DNA from: Candidatus Woesearchaeota archaeon
GTDB taxonomy: Archaea; Nanobdellota; Nanobdellia; UBA10117; JABICX01
DNA length: 64,000 nucleotides
NCBI GenBank assembly: GCA_018692915.1
Contig: JABHLG010000006.1
Span: 5,627-69,626 of the forward strand
Reading direction: 5' to 3'
This document shows, one piece after another, positions 51,766-60,776 of this stretch. A program made the translations under genes and the position numbers. A model generated the notes under the pieces. That model was not told the DNA's origin and ran no database searches. It worked only from the letters and a program-made list of their open reading frames with translations. Every line of letters starts with the position of its first letter. Positions within the stretch are counted from its first letter, which is position 1.

Positions 51766-52449
51766 TTACTGTTTTCGTTCTACTTTCTTTTGTTTTTCTA
51801 GAATTGAGAATAGTTGTTCAGGTAGCTTACTTTCAGTACCTACTTCAAAAGGACCGTATTTTTCTAAGTCTTCACCAAAAACCTCGGGACATTCTTCAAT
51901 AAATTTTACATCAATAAATTTTACAGGACAATCTTCTTTTTCTACATGTGCTGGAGTTTCACTTTCTTCAGGGTCTTCATAAGTAGGGTTTTCTTTAACT
52001 GGCTTGTTTTTAGAAATCTTAATATTCTTTTCTTCAATTTCAGAAGCTTTCTCAAGAGTCTTAAAGAAAATCTTTTTTTGGTCACTTAAAATAGTAAGTA
52101 GCTGTTCATATAATTCAATTTCATTTTCAAGCATATTTGTCGTGTCTTTAAATTCAGAACCAGTTCTTGCATTGTATAACGCACGATTTATTATTTTTCG
52201 TTCTCGAATTTCATATAAATCTTTGAGCGCTCTTAGTGCATTGTTTATTTCTTGCTGAATCTTGATTTTCTTTTGAGAACTTAAAATTGAAACCGCGCTT
52301 TCTTGTTTGCTAAGTAGTTCTTCTTTTGCTTTGAGATAAGCTTGAATTCTTGCTAATGCTGTGGATTTTATTTCTTCAAGGTCTGTTGCAAATTTTTCTA
52401 CTCTAAGTAATTCATAAATATCTTCATAAGTAAAAGCTTCAATTGGCAT
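51766..52449 (-). CDS. Probable GINS subunit (Gins51/Gins15-like)
   Basis: N-terminus FTYEDIYELLRVEKFATDLEEI and C-terminal B-domain-like FGEDLEKYGPFEVGTESKLPEQLFSILEKQ. The position between primase and L44e is as in many archaea. Confidence 0.5.
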   Translation of the reverse strand: MPIEAFTYEDIYELLRVEKFATDLEEIKSTALARIQAYLKAKEELLSKQESAVSILSSQKKIKIQQEINNALRALKDLYEIRERKIINRALYNARTGSEFKDTTNMLENEIELYEQLLTILSDQKKIFFKTLEKASEIEEKNIKISKNKPVKENPTYEDPEESETPAHVEKEDCPVKFIDVKFIEECPEVFGEDLEKYGPFEVGTESKLPEQLFSILEKQKKVERKQ

Positions 52450-52495
52450 ATCAAAATATTAGATTTCGCCTTTAAGATATTTTGTTAGGTTAAAA

Positions 52496-53743
52496 CTATA
52501 GTTTCTTTCGTTTGACATAGCTTAAAGGGTTCTTGATTGATTTGCAGATATTATCTGGCTGACAAATTCCGATTTCAACATAGTATTCTTTGCAGTTTGA
52601 TGGTGGAACTTTCTTTGGATTTCTTCTGTGCCAGTTTAGTTGCGAAATAATATAACCTTCTTTTAGTGGCTCAGCATTTTTATCATTCCATGCTTTTATG
52701 GTCTGTTCAATTTCTTGCCAGCTCCAATTACAACATTTAAGAAAGTTTAGAAGTGCAAATAAACCTCGTTTTCTACCATCGGTTAATCCATTAAGAATAA
52801 GTTTCATACATGGAGGAAATTTGTTTTCATGAACTTTACCTTCAATTTCAGTTATTTGCGTGACTTCTCCTGTGCTAGATTTTTCTAATTCTCTCTGTCT
52901 TTGTTCTATTCTTGCAGAGCCAAGTAATTCTAATGCAGAGCCACGCTTGACTTTTTCTGGATTAAGAAATGAGTCATTTATTTCTTTGATGTTTTCAGGT
53001 TTAGCCCAATCTCTATCAAATTTTTTAATATCTTTTGGATCGATTGTGATGCTTACAAGTCCGGTTTTTTCATGTAAAGAGTATGGTGCTCGAATTAAGT
53101 GTCTTGGCTTACCTAGAGCCAGGTCTAGACCAATGTATTTACTTATATCTTCACTAGTTGGTTTCTTGCCAATTCGCTCAACAACTTTTCTTAAGTCACC
53201 TTCTTTTTCTTTAATTTTAACCCAAAGTTGTTTGTTGATTATATTACGTAAGTAAAGAAGAATTGCTTCACTTGCTTCTCCATACATATCTTTAGTTTTC
53301 TTTTTTCCAACTTTATCTGGAAATGCTTCAAATGGAATTGCAATATGCCATCCACGATTTCCTGAGAATTTAATTTGCGGTTCAACACCTTCAACATCTA
53401 GTGCTTCAAGAATTGTTTCAGCAGCAAGAGTTGAGTAATCAAAATGTGGACAATCAATATCAACAATTAAATCCCAACCTTTTCGTAAAGCATCTATTTC
53501 TCTTTTTGTAGATTCTGATGAAAGATGCATTGGGTCAAACCAACGCTCTTGCGAAATATGAAAACTAGTTGCACCTTTGCGTGCAAGTGCTTCAATTTCT
53601 TTTGGATATTGAATAATATCTGGTCGCTTTCCAAAAAAGCCACCTTGCATTACAATTCCAACTTCTCGGTCTTGACTAACTCTCGCTAGTTCTTTCATAA
53701 CTTCTGGATTTGAATAATGTTCTATCGCTATACTTTGTTTCAT
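52496..53743 (-). CDS. priS: DNA primase: PriS catalytic domain fused to a PriL-CTD-like (Fe-S) domain
   Basis: LIVDIDCPH and FSGNRGWHIAIPF (AEP catalytic motifs). The C-terminal region FPPCMKLILNGLTDGRKRGLFALLNFL ... C..C cysteines is PriL-CTD-like. ATG at 53743 is preferred. The track ORF extends through the upstream repeat. Confidence 0.8.
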   Translation of the reverse strand: MKQSIAIEHYSNPEVMKELARVSQDREVGIVMQGGFFGKRPDIIQYPKEIEALARKGATSFHISQERWFDPMHLSSESTKREIDALRKGWDLIVDIDCPHFDYSTLAAETILEALDVEGVEPQIKFSGNRGWHIAIPFEAFPDKVGKKKTKDMYGEASEAILLYLRNIINKQLWVKIKEKEGDLRKVVERIGKKPTSEDISKYIGLDLALGKPRHLIRAPYSLHEKTGLVSITIDPKDIKKFDRDWAKPENIKEINDSFLNPEKVKRGSALELLGSARIEQRQRELEKSSTGEVTQITEIEGKVHENKFPPCMKLILNGLTDGRKRGLFALLNFLKCCNWSWQEIEQTIKAWNDKNAEPLKEGYIISQLNWHRRNPKKVPPSNCKEYYVEIGICQPDNICKSIKNPLSYVKRKKL

Positions 53744-53752
53744 CTTAATCCG

Positions 53753-53867
53753 AACCTTGTGAGGTTTAAGAGACATCACCGAGCAAAACCTTAGCTTTGC
53801 GTGGCCAAGAAAACGCAAAGCGTTTTCTCTGGAATTGCATAGCAATTTGATGTATAATAAATTTGCA
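53753..53867. repeat. Hairpin element, long (composite) form, diverged copy, immediately upstream of the primase start
   Basis: Left hairpin aacct-tgtg-aggtt (53753..53766). Inner module catcaccgagc-aaaaccttagctttgc-gtggccaagaaaacgcaaagcgttttctctgg (53774..53832). Right arm aattgcatagcaatttgatgtataataaatttgc. Confidence 0.7.
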
Positions 53868-53900
53868 AAATTGAGAATATAAGATTTTGTTTACTATGTT

Positions 53901-54578
53901 TTATGCAATAGCAATGTTATGTATTTCATTAGCATCAGAGATATAATTAGTTGAACACCAATGGCTGAACTGAATAATTCTTCCTTGATTTTGCTTTCTC
54001 ATGTTTTTACTTATCTTAACTTTATTTGGTGTTTTTGGATTAAAAAAACTCATGCTCCAATTAAGTTTTTTCATACGCGTAGTTAAACTTTCTAAGTTTG
54101 ATGTTACAAATAAAATTCCTTTATGATGCTCTTCTGTAGTTTGTTCGGGTTGATCTAATATATTCGTATAAAATGTGCGGCTACCTTCTTTAGGTACTTC
54201 TTTTATATTTGGTCTGCTATTAAATAATCGTAATTCTCTATCATATTCTGAGGATAATGTAATTCCAATCGATCCAATATCTTTATCATTAATTAGACCT
54301 ACTTCTGGCTGGTCTGCTAATCTTCTAGCTAACATATATTGTTTAAATCCAATATGTGGTTTTTTCAATTCTTCTTTTGATAAATAAGGATCCCAAATAG
54401 CATAAAACCAGTCACGATTATTCTCATTATCTTTTAGATGATTATTTATTCTAGCTATTTTTTTAGTTAGAGTTAATTCTTCTTTAAAGCCAGGATGTTT
54501 TACACGAATAGCTTCATTAACTATATTTCCTAAGCCTATTTCATAATAATAATAATATTTAGGTGCTTTATTATCCAT
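53901..54578 (-). CDS. Hypothetical protein
   Basis: 225-aa ORF, no motif recognised. Confidence 0.35.
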   Translation of the reverse strand: MDNKAPKYYYYYEIGLGNIVNEAIRVKHPGFKEELTLTKKIARINNHLKDNENNRDWFYAIWDPYLSKEELKKPHIGFKQYMLARRLADQPEVGLINDKDIGSIGITLSSEYDRELRLFNSRPNIKEVPKEGSRTFYTNILDQPEQTTEEHHKGILFVTSNLESLTTRMKKLNWSMSFFNPKTPNKVKISKNMRKQNQGRIIQFSHWCSTNYISDANEIHNIAIA

Positions 54579-54612
54579 TTATTAAATTCCAGTAGTTTGT
54601 TTTTAAGTTTAA

Positions 54613-55584
54613 CTATTCATTAGAAAATGCAGCTCTGGATTTTTCTGGTTTGATATATGGTAAACCTAACTTTTTGAAAATATCTTTTTCAGTTTTACCT
54701 GCAATTAGCTTGTTTGTCTTGCGGTCAAAAAGTCCGTATTCAGAAAGTTTGTAACCTTTTTTGATTGCGATTTTTCTTGTTTTGATGTTAAAGTTTTTTG
54801 GTCCTGTAAAATATTGTAATGCTGCACCATAACAAGAATCATCAACAACACGCACATCTACTTCAAAATTATTATTCATCCAGACTGCTGCTTTTGTTGA
54901 ACCATGTGCAATTACTTTCTTAACTTGCCGTAGTTTGACAAACTTTGCAGTTACTTCGGGAGGGTTTTTGGAACTTACAATTATATCGATATCACCAATT
55001 GTTGGTTCTTTCCGTCTAATTGAACCTGCAAGTTCTGCGCGTGTAACTTCTGGCCAGCTTTGAACTTTTTTTAGTATCTTTTCTGCAATTGGAAATATTT
55101 TATCATAAGGTTGGCGAACTTTTTGCTTAAGTCCCAAGCTAATTCCTTCTAAAATTTCTTTTTCAGATTTCTCACCAAAACCATCAAGTTCACGAATCTT
55201 ACCCTCTTGCGCAGCTTTTTTCAATTCCTCAATTGTTTTAATTTTAAGTTTTTCATATAGAATTTTACCTTTTTTTGGACCCATTCCTGGAAGCCCCATA
55301 ATTTCAATAAGTTGCTTTGGTATGTCTTGAGTTAATTCAGCAATTTTTTTTATTTCACCAATTTCAATGAATTCAATAATTTTGCTAGCAATTGCTTCTC
55401 CAACACTTGGAATCTTTTTCAGACCTTCAACACCTTCTCGCGTGTATATCTTGCGAACATCTTCAATACCATCAATTGCAAATGCTGCCCTTCGATATGC
55501 TTGCGGCTTCCAAGCAACGCCTTTCATATCTAAAGCATCTGCTAACTTAAAGAACTCTTTTGCTAGCTCTGAATTAAATGTCAT
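54613..55584 (-). CDS. polX: Family X DNA polymerase core (Pol beta-like), no PHP domain
   Basis: HhH motifs (IPSVGEAIASKI, LPGMGPKKGKIL) and nucleotidyltransferase motif GSIRRKEPTIGDIDIIV. 323 aa only. Confidence 0.8.
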   Translation of the reverse strand: MTFNSELAKEFFKLADALDMKGVAWKPQAYRRAAFAIDGIEDVRKIYTREGVEGLKKIPSVGEAIASKIIEFIEIGEIKKIAELTQDIPKQLIEIMGLPGMGPKKGKILYEKLKIKTIEELKKAAQEGKIRELDGFGEKSEKEILEGISLGLKQKVRQPYDKIFPIAEKILKKVQSWPEVTRAELAGSIRRKEPTIGDIDIIVSSKNPPEVTAKFVKLRQVKKVIAHGSTKAAVWMNNNFEVDVRVVDDSCYGAALQYFTGPKNFNIKTRKIAIKKGYKLSEYGLFDRKTNKLIAGKTEKDIFKKLGLPYIKPEKSRAAFSNE

Positions 55585-55626
55585 TATATATAATACAAAA
55601 TATAATTTATGTAGTTTTTGATTATA

Positions 55627-56358
55627 TTATTTTACTCTTAATGTGGCATTAAAAATATCCACAGTACATGCAGAATGAGATTCAAGAGTCAAGCCAATTT
55701 GTTTATATATTTCTAAGTGGAAAGGTCTATTAAGACCACCTCTGTTTCTTACATAGCTTTGCACTATCAATAATCCTTGTGGTTTGATAATATTTTTTAA
55801 TAATGTATATTTTTGTTTAAATTCTTTTATATTATTATAATATATTGAATTTCCTGCAAAAACAATATCTTGTGGTTGTATAAGTTCAGCAGCTTTTTCA
55901 TGATCTGAAATATGGAAAGTAATATTATCTAAATTAGTTTTCCTTGCTCTGCGTGCAGCCATAATTATTCTTTCAGGTTTTGGGTCATAGCCACTTATAT
56001 TTACAGAATCTTTGTACATCCATCCTAAGGCACAACTTTCTATACCAACACCACATCCAGCATCAGCAATATATATTTGTTCAATATCTTTGCCTACTAA
56101 ATTATCTATCTCATTTGTTAATGTAGAAAGTAGTTTAGTTCTTATATCTATTTCAAAATCTAAACTATGAAATAAATCAATTATTTCAGGAAATTGATAT
56201 ATAACATTCCATTGCATTTTTTTAGCTTCAGAAATTATTACATCAGCAATATTTGTATCATGTTCTTTTTGTATAATTCTAGAAAATTCTTCTATATTAA
56301 TCTGGTTGATTCCTACAGCATTAAATGCTTTTTCAATTTCTGTAAATGTTTTAGTCAT
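55627..56358 (-). CDS. Class I SAM-dependent methyltransferase
   Basis: Motif I is IADAGCGVGIES. Typical Rossmann spacing. Confidence 0.7.
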   Translation of the reverse strand: MTKTFTEIEKAFNAVGINQINIEEFSRIIQKEHDTNIADVIISEAKKMQWNVIYQFPEIIDLFHSLDFEIDIRTKLLSTLTNEIDNLVGKDIEQIYIADAGCGVGIESCALGWMYKDSVNISGYDPKPERIIMAARRARKTNLDNITFHISDHEKAAELIQPQDIVFAGNSIYYNNIKEFKQKYTLLKNIIKPQGLLIVQSYVRNRGGLNRPFHLEIYKQIGLTLESHSACTVDIFNATLRVK

Positions 56359-56439
56359 GTTATTTATATTTAGAATAACTTAAAAATATTTAGTTTTTGA
56401 TTATAAAAGAGTTTAAGAGCTTTTGCGTGTATATTAAAT

Positions 56440-57255
56440 ATGTCAGAACAATCAAAGCAAGTTAAACATACATTAATCCATGATTCGGATACTGAAGAAT
56501 TTCATAAGAGTTTAGATACAGGATTTTTTAAAGATCAAGAACATCTTTTAAATTATATTTTAAATGAGATTCCATCTAATGTAAATAATATTTGTGAAAT
56601 TGGATGTGGCACAGGTATAGTTGGACGTTATATTAAACACAAACTTCAAAATGTTAATATAACTTTTGTTGATTGTAATGAACCTTTGTTAGATGCAATA
56701 CCTGATGAAGTTGGTGTCAAGGAATGTGTAGATTTATTACAATATAATCCAAAAAGTGATTTTGATTGTGTTGTTTCAAGGTTAATGACACATTATTTTC
56801 CAAAAGGAAAGCATCAAGAAATATTTAATAAAGCATATGAATTATTGTCTGATGATGGATGCTATATAGATGTTTCTGCTCTTGAAATAGATCATGATAC
56901 TCAAGCTGTAATAAGTGAATTTTGGTATAAAGAAGCTTGTTGGACGGCAGATAGGAAAGGTGAATCTCGAAGTGATATGATTAGACCATATGTATTAACT
57001 GTTAATGAAGTTATGGAGTTTGCTGATAAAGTAGGATTTAATGAGTTTACAATTAAAAGATTTAATGATTATAATTTAACACATACAATTCAAGACCTAG
57101 TTCCTAGATGTAAACTTACACCACCACAAGTTAAAGAACTTGAGGAATTTTTACTTGATCAACCACTACATGTAATTAATAATTTAGGCATTAAGGAAGT
57201 TGATGCAGGTGTTGAGATAACTCAACCTGTGTACATATTAAAAGCAACTAAGTAA
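56440..57255 (+). CDS. Class I SAM-dependent methyltransferase
   Basis: Motif I is ICEIGCGTGIVG and motif II is FVDCNEPLL. Confidence 0.7.
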   Translation: MSEQSKQVKHTLIHDSDTEEFHKSLDTGFFKDQEHLLNYILNEIPSNVNNICEIGCGTGIVGRYIKHKLQNVNITFVDCNEPLLDAIPDEVGVKECVDLLQYNPKSDFDCVVSRLMTHYFPKGKHQEIFNKAYELLSDDGCYIDVSALEIDHDTQAVISEFWYKEACWTADRKGESRSDMIRPYVLTVNEVMEFADKVGFNEFTIKRFNDYNLTHTIQDLVPRCKLTPPQVKELEEFLLDQPLHVINNLGIKEVDAGVEITQPVYILKATK

Positions 57256-57399
57256 TTATAACAGACCTTTTTCTTTTGCTATACCTGCTGAGCTTATAGC
57301 TTTTTGATATCCTAAATAATGATTATAGAATCCTTCTGCTATCTGGCTTCGCCCTACATTGGACGCACAAATAAATAACACTTCATATTTTTCTTCCAT
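57256..57399 (-). pseudogene. Truncated low-molecular-weight phosphotyrosine phosphatase / ArsC-like fragment (47 codons)
   Basis: Not in the ORF track. MEEKYEVLFICASNVGRSQIAEGFYNHY... carries the CX5R(S) P-loop. It stops after 47 aa, whereas family members are about 140-150 aa. Confidence 0.5.
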
Positions 57400-57400
57400 T

Positions 57401-58576
57401 CTACTTGTTCTCTATTAAAGATATGTAACAGTCTTTGCATTTAGTTAAATCATTAAGAGTTACATATTCGCCAGGTTCATGTGCGTGTTGGTTTGTTGGC
57501 CCAAATCCAATTACATTAAATCCTTTATTACATATGAAATTATCTTCAGCAAATCCAAATTCTCCACCAATTCCTTTAGCAAGAGGTATTTTCTCTGCAA
57601 TTGATTTAGCAAATTCAACAGGCATCTGATACGGTGGATAATTCATACCTAATATAGCTTCAAATTCATTACCTTGTGTAAATCCTGTTTGTTTGGATAT
57701 TGCTGCAATTAATTTTTCAGTTGCTTGTTCACCAGTTTCACCAGGTATTAATCTGCTTTCTAGATTAATGATGGTTTCATCAGGTACAGTATTAACTCGT
57801 GAACCTCCAGATATTTTTCCAATATTTATTGTCCTGTATCCTAATACTGGATCTTTAATCTGTTTTATTTCTTCTATATGATTTTCAATTGCTTCTATAA
57901 TTCTTCTTGCGCGATAAATTGAATTTATACCTTCTTCAGGTCTACTTCCATGAGCAGATTTTCCCTTTACGTATATATTTACAGTCATAGCACCTTTTCT
58001 TGAATATGTTACATTGAATGAACTTGCTTCCATATTTACAAAAAATTCAGGAGATATATTATTTCTTTTCATATAGTCTAATGTATTGTGTATTCCTGCA
58101 AATCCACTATAGTGACCCATTTCTTCATCAGTTGTTAAAATTATATGTGGACGTTTATTTGTTTCATATAATGATGCAAAAAGAGCACCAATCTGTGCTT
58201 TCATATCAATAGCACCACGTCCGAATAATACTTTTTCTTCATTTTTCTCAGTAATTTCACCTAACCAATTATATTCGCATTCTTTATCCCATTCATTTTT
58301 AGGAACAGTGTCTAAATGTCCTTGAAAAGCAATATTACAATTAGTTCCTTCAGCAAATATTGCTGCAATTCGATTGTTGTTTTTATGATCTTTTATTATA
58401 ATTGGTGTATAACCTAATTCAATTAAATGTCTTTTAGTTAATTCAATCACACTGTCGTCTATTTGTAATAATGTTATTTTTTCTTCATCATTTACTTGTT
58501 CTTTTAATATATTTACAGTAGTATCTATTTTTAATAATTCTAAAGCAATTTCATGTTCTAAATTTATATTATCCAT
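57401..58576 (-). CDS. M20-family metallopeptidase / deacylase (ArgE/DapE-like)
   Basis: AFQGHLDTVP, GRGAIDMK, TTDEEMG and a C-terminal HAHEPGEY block. Confidence 0.8.
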   Translation of the reverse strand: MDNINLEHEIALELLKIDTTVNILKEQVNDEEKITLLQIDDSVIELTKRHLIELGYTPIIIKDHKNNNRIAAIFAEGTNCNIAFQGHLDTVPKNEWDKECEYNWLGEITEKNEEKVLFGRGAIDMKAQIGALFASLYETNKRPHIILTTDEEMGHYSGFAGIHNTLDYMKRNNISPEFFVNMEASSFNVTYSRKGAMTVNIYVKGKSAHGSRPEEGINSIYRARRIIEAIENHIEEIKQIKDPVLGYRTINIGKISGGSRVNTVPDETIINLESRLIPGETGEQATEKLIAAISKQTGFTQGNEFEAILGMNYPPYQMPVEFAKSIAEKIPLAKGIGGEFGFAEDNFICNKGFNVIGFGPTNQHAHEPGEYVTLNDLTKCKDCYISLIENK

Positions 58577-59399
58577 TTTTTAGATCTTTTACTTTATCAG
58601 CACTTACTCTTTGTTTGAAAGATTTTAAATTAGTTTCTCCAAAGATATTAGAACCTTCTTTTAAAGATGTGCTTATAATAATACCATTTGCATATTTTAA
58701 TAGATATTTAATATTCTCTTTACATGCTCCGCTACCTATAAAAATTGGAAAATCTTTAGCAGTATCTCTAGCAATTTTAAGTTCTTCAATGTTTGGAGCA
58801 TCTCCAGTCCACTTACCTGTTATAATTATTGCATCACTTTTGTTAACTATTGCTTCTATAATTGATTCAGATAAAGGTCGCTCTTCTAACATTTCTGCAT
58901 GCTTAACTTGAACATCTGTAAACAATAATACATTCTCAGCGCCGATTTTCTTTCTATATTCTATAACTTTTTTAGGTTCAGCAATTACTGTTCCATATGC
59001 AGTTTTTACACTATCTACAAATGCTGGCACTCTAATAAATTTAGCACCACATACTCTTGCAATTGATAGTGCAGCTTTATAGTCATTCCAAAGAACACTT
59101 ACTCCAACAGGAAGCTTTGTTCTTTTCATTATCTCACTTGTTAAATAACTCATACATGCTACAGTTTCAGGTCCAACTTCTATTTTATGTGGAACATCAT
59201 AATTATTCTCTACAATAATTCCATTAACTCCACCTTTTTCAAAAGCTTCTAAATCTTTTATTGCAGCATCAAGAACTTTTTTTATGTTTTTAAAGTTAGG
59301 ATATCCTAGCAATGGAGTAAAGTGTAGAGATCCTATAATTGGTTTATCTGTTTTAAATATTTTATTTAACATTTTCACAACTATGTTTTGCAAAATCAT
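58569..59399 (-). CDS. BtpA/SgcQ-family TIM-barrel protein
   Basis: KPIIGSLHFTPLLGYP...GGVNGIIVENNYDVP is the family N-terminal signature. Confidence 0.7.
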   Translation of the reverse strand: MILQNIVVKMLNKIFKTDKPIIGSLHFTPLLGYPNFKNIKKVLDAAIKDLEAFEKGGVNGIIVENNYDVPHKIEVGPETVACMSYLTSEIMKRTKLPVGVSVLWNDYKAALSIARVCGAKFIRVPAFVDSVKTAYGTVIAEPKKVIEYRKKIGAENVLLFTDVQVKHAEMLEERPLSESIIEAIVNKSDAIIITGKWTGDAPNIEELKIARDTAKDFPIFIGSGACKENIKYLLKYANGIIISTSLKEGSNIFGETNLKSFKQRVSADKVKDLKNG

Positions 59400-60540
59400 C
59401 TATTGTTCTGACAGGTAATCCTGATTCAATAGCATTTCTCGCAATTTCAACACCCTCATCTAAATCTCTTCCTTGCAAATAAAATATTATAGCTGTATTT
59501 GCTAAGATTAAATCTCTTGGAGCACCTTGGACTTTACCTTCTAAGATACTTCTACTAAATTTTGCTTTACTTTTTGGAACTTGGAAATATTCTATTTCTT
59601 TCATTCCAAAATCTTCTGCATATAATTCATAATTTCCTATTTGTCCGTAATTAAGTTCAGATACAATTGTTCCACCTGGAAAAATAGATACTTCATCAAT
59701 TCCACCATTACGTTCTTTTCCAATAAATCCTCTTACAAATAATCCTTTTTGCAAGTTAGTTACACCTTTTTCATTTAGCACTTGATATGCTTCAGCAATT
59801 TTATCTGTTGTAATTAAATGATTTATACCTAAAATTCTTTTTGTCATTATTTCTGGATTAATTGGATTTGTTATTGGTCCAATAATATCATTCATATGTG
59901 CTAGTTGTGCTGACTTATGTGTTTGGACATGTATAAGTTTATATTTTGTATCAACTGCATCAGTATAACCATAATTGAATTTTTCAACACCTTTTTCTAC
60001 AACACCTTTTGGACTGAATAAATCAACACCACAATGTTTCATAAAATCACTACTACCTGTTGAGTCTGTGTTACCTGGTGAACCATGTTTGCAAAATGGA
60101 ATTCCTTGGCTTGCAGCAATTATTGCAGATATTGTGCTGACATTTGGAGTTCTGTATAGATCTCCACCCATTCCACAATTATCCATACAAAGTTCTACAT
60201 TTGGATTTAAGAAACTATTTTCTGATGGGAAAATATCATAGTCAAAAACAGCTGCAGATATTCCTGCGATCTGTTCTGCTGAACCTTCTTGTCTATAAAG
60301 AGCTTGGTTATGCAATGAACATAGCGCTGCTATTGATTGCTTTTCAGCTACATCTCTATTAATTTTAAATGTTCCTTCAAGTGCAGGATTATATCCATAA
60401 ATTGTAAAAACACCTAATAAGTATGCATCTTCAAAACTTAATGGCTTGTTTTGATATGCATGATGTTTTAATACATCGTTTACTTTGAAATCTCTTGCTT
60501 GTTCTTTTACTTCTTCTATATTTAATATAGGTTTATACAT
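59362..60540 (-). CDS. Glycosyltransferase family 3 protein, anthranilate phosphoribosyltransferase (TrpD)-like
   Basis: DNCGMGGDLYRTPNVSTISAIIAASQGIPFCKHGSPGNTDSTGSSDF parallels the TrpD block D.CGTGGDG..TFNISTA.A...A..G..V.KHGNR...S..GSAD. No other trp genes are nearby. Confidence 0.65.
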   Translation of the reverse strand: MYKPILNIEEVKEQARDFKVNDVLKHHAYQNKPLSFEDAYLLGVFTIYGYNPALEGTFKINRDVAEKQSIAALCSLHNQALYRQEGSAEQIAGISAAVFDYDIFPSENSFLNPNVELCMDNCGMGGDLYRTPNVSTISAIIAASQGIPFCKHGSPGNTDSTGSSDFMKHCGVDLFSPKGVVEKGVEKFNYGYTDAVDTKYKLIHVQTHKSAQLAHMNDIIGPITNPINPEIMTKRILGINHLITTDKIAEAYQVLNEKGVTNLQKGLFVRGFIGKERNGGIDEVSIFPGGTIVSELNYGQIGNYELYAEDFGMKEIEYFQVPKSKAKFSRSILEGKVQGAPRDLILANTAIIFYLQGRDLDEGVEIARNAIESGLPVRTIDDFAKHSCENVK

Positions 60541-60776
60541 TAGTCATCACCACATCATTACTAGTGATTGTATGATATATATTTCTAGATAAACTTAAAA
60601 GCTTATTGAGCGCGGAAAAATATCGTGAACTAGAAAGAAATACTAAAGGGCTAAGCCCAAAAACAACCACCGTTTATTCTAGTTTGCATTGCTAATAATA
60701 TTTATGAAGTATGTTTTATAAATCTTTCTATGGGCTAGCGAAATCCTTAAAACCTTTGTCCCTTTATATTAATATA

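Noticed and set aside
53744-53845. 34-codon N-terminal extension of the primase ORF (TTG start at 53845).
   Set aside because: The extension is simply translation through the repeat element. The conserved primase sequence begins at the ATG at 53743.
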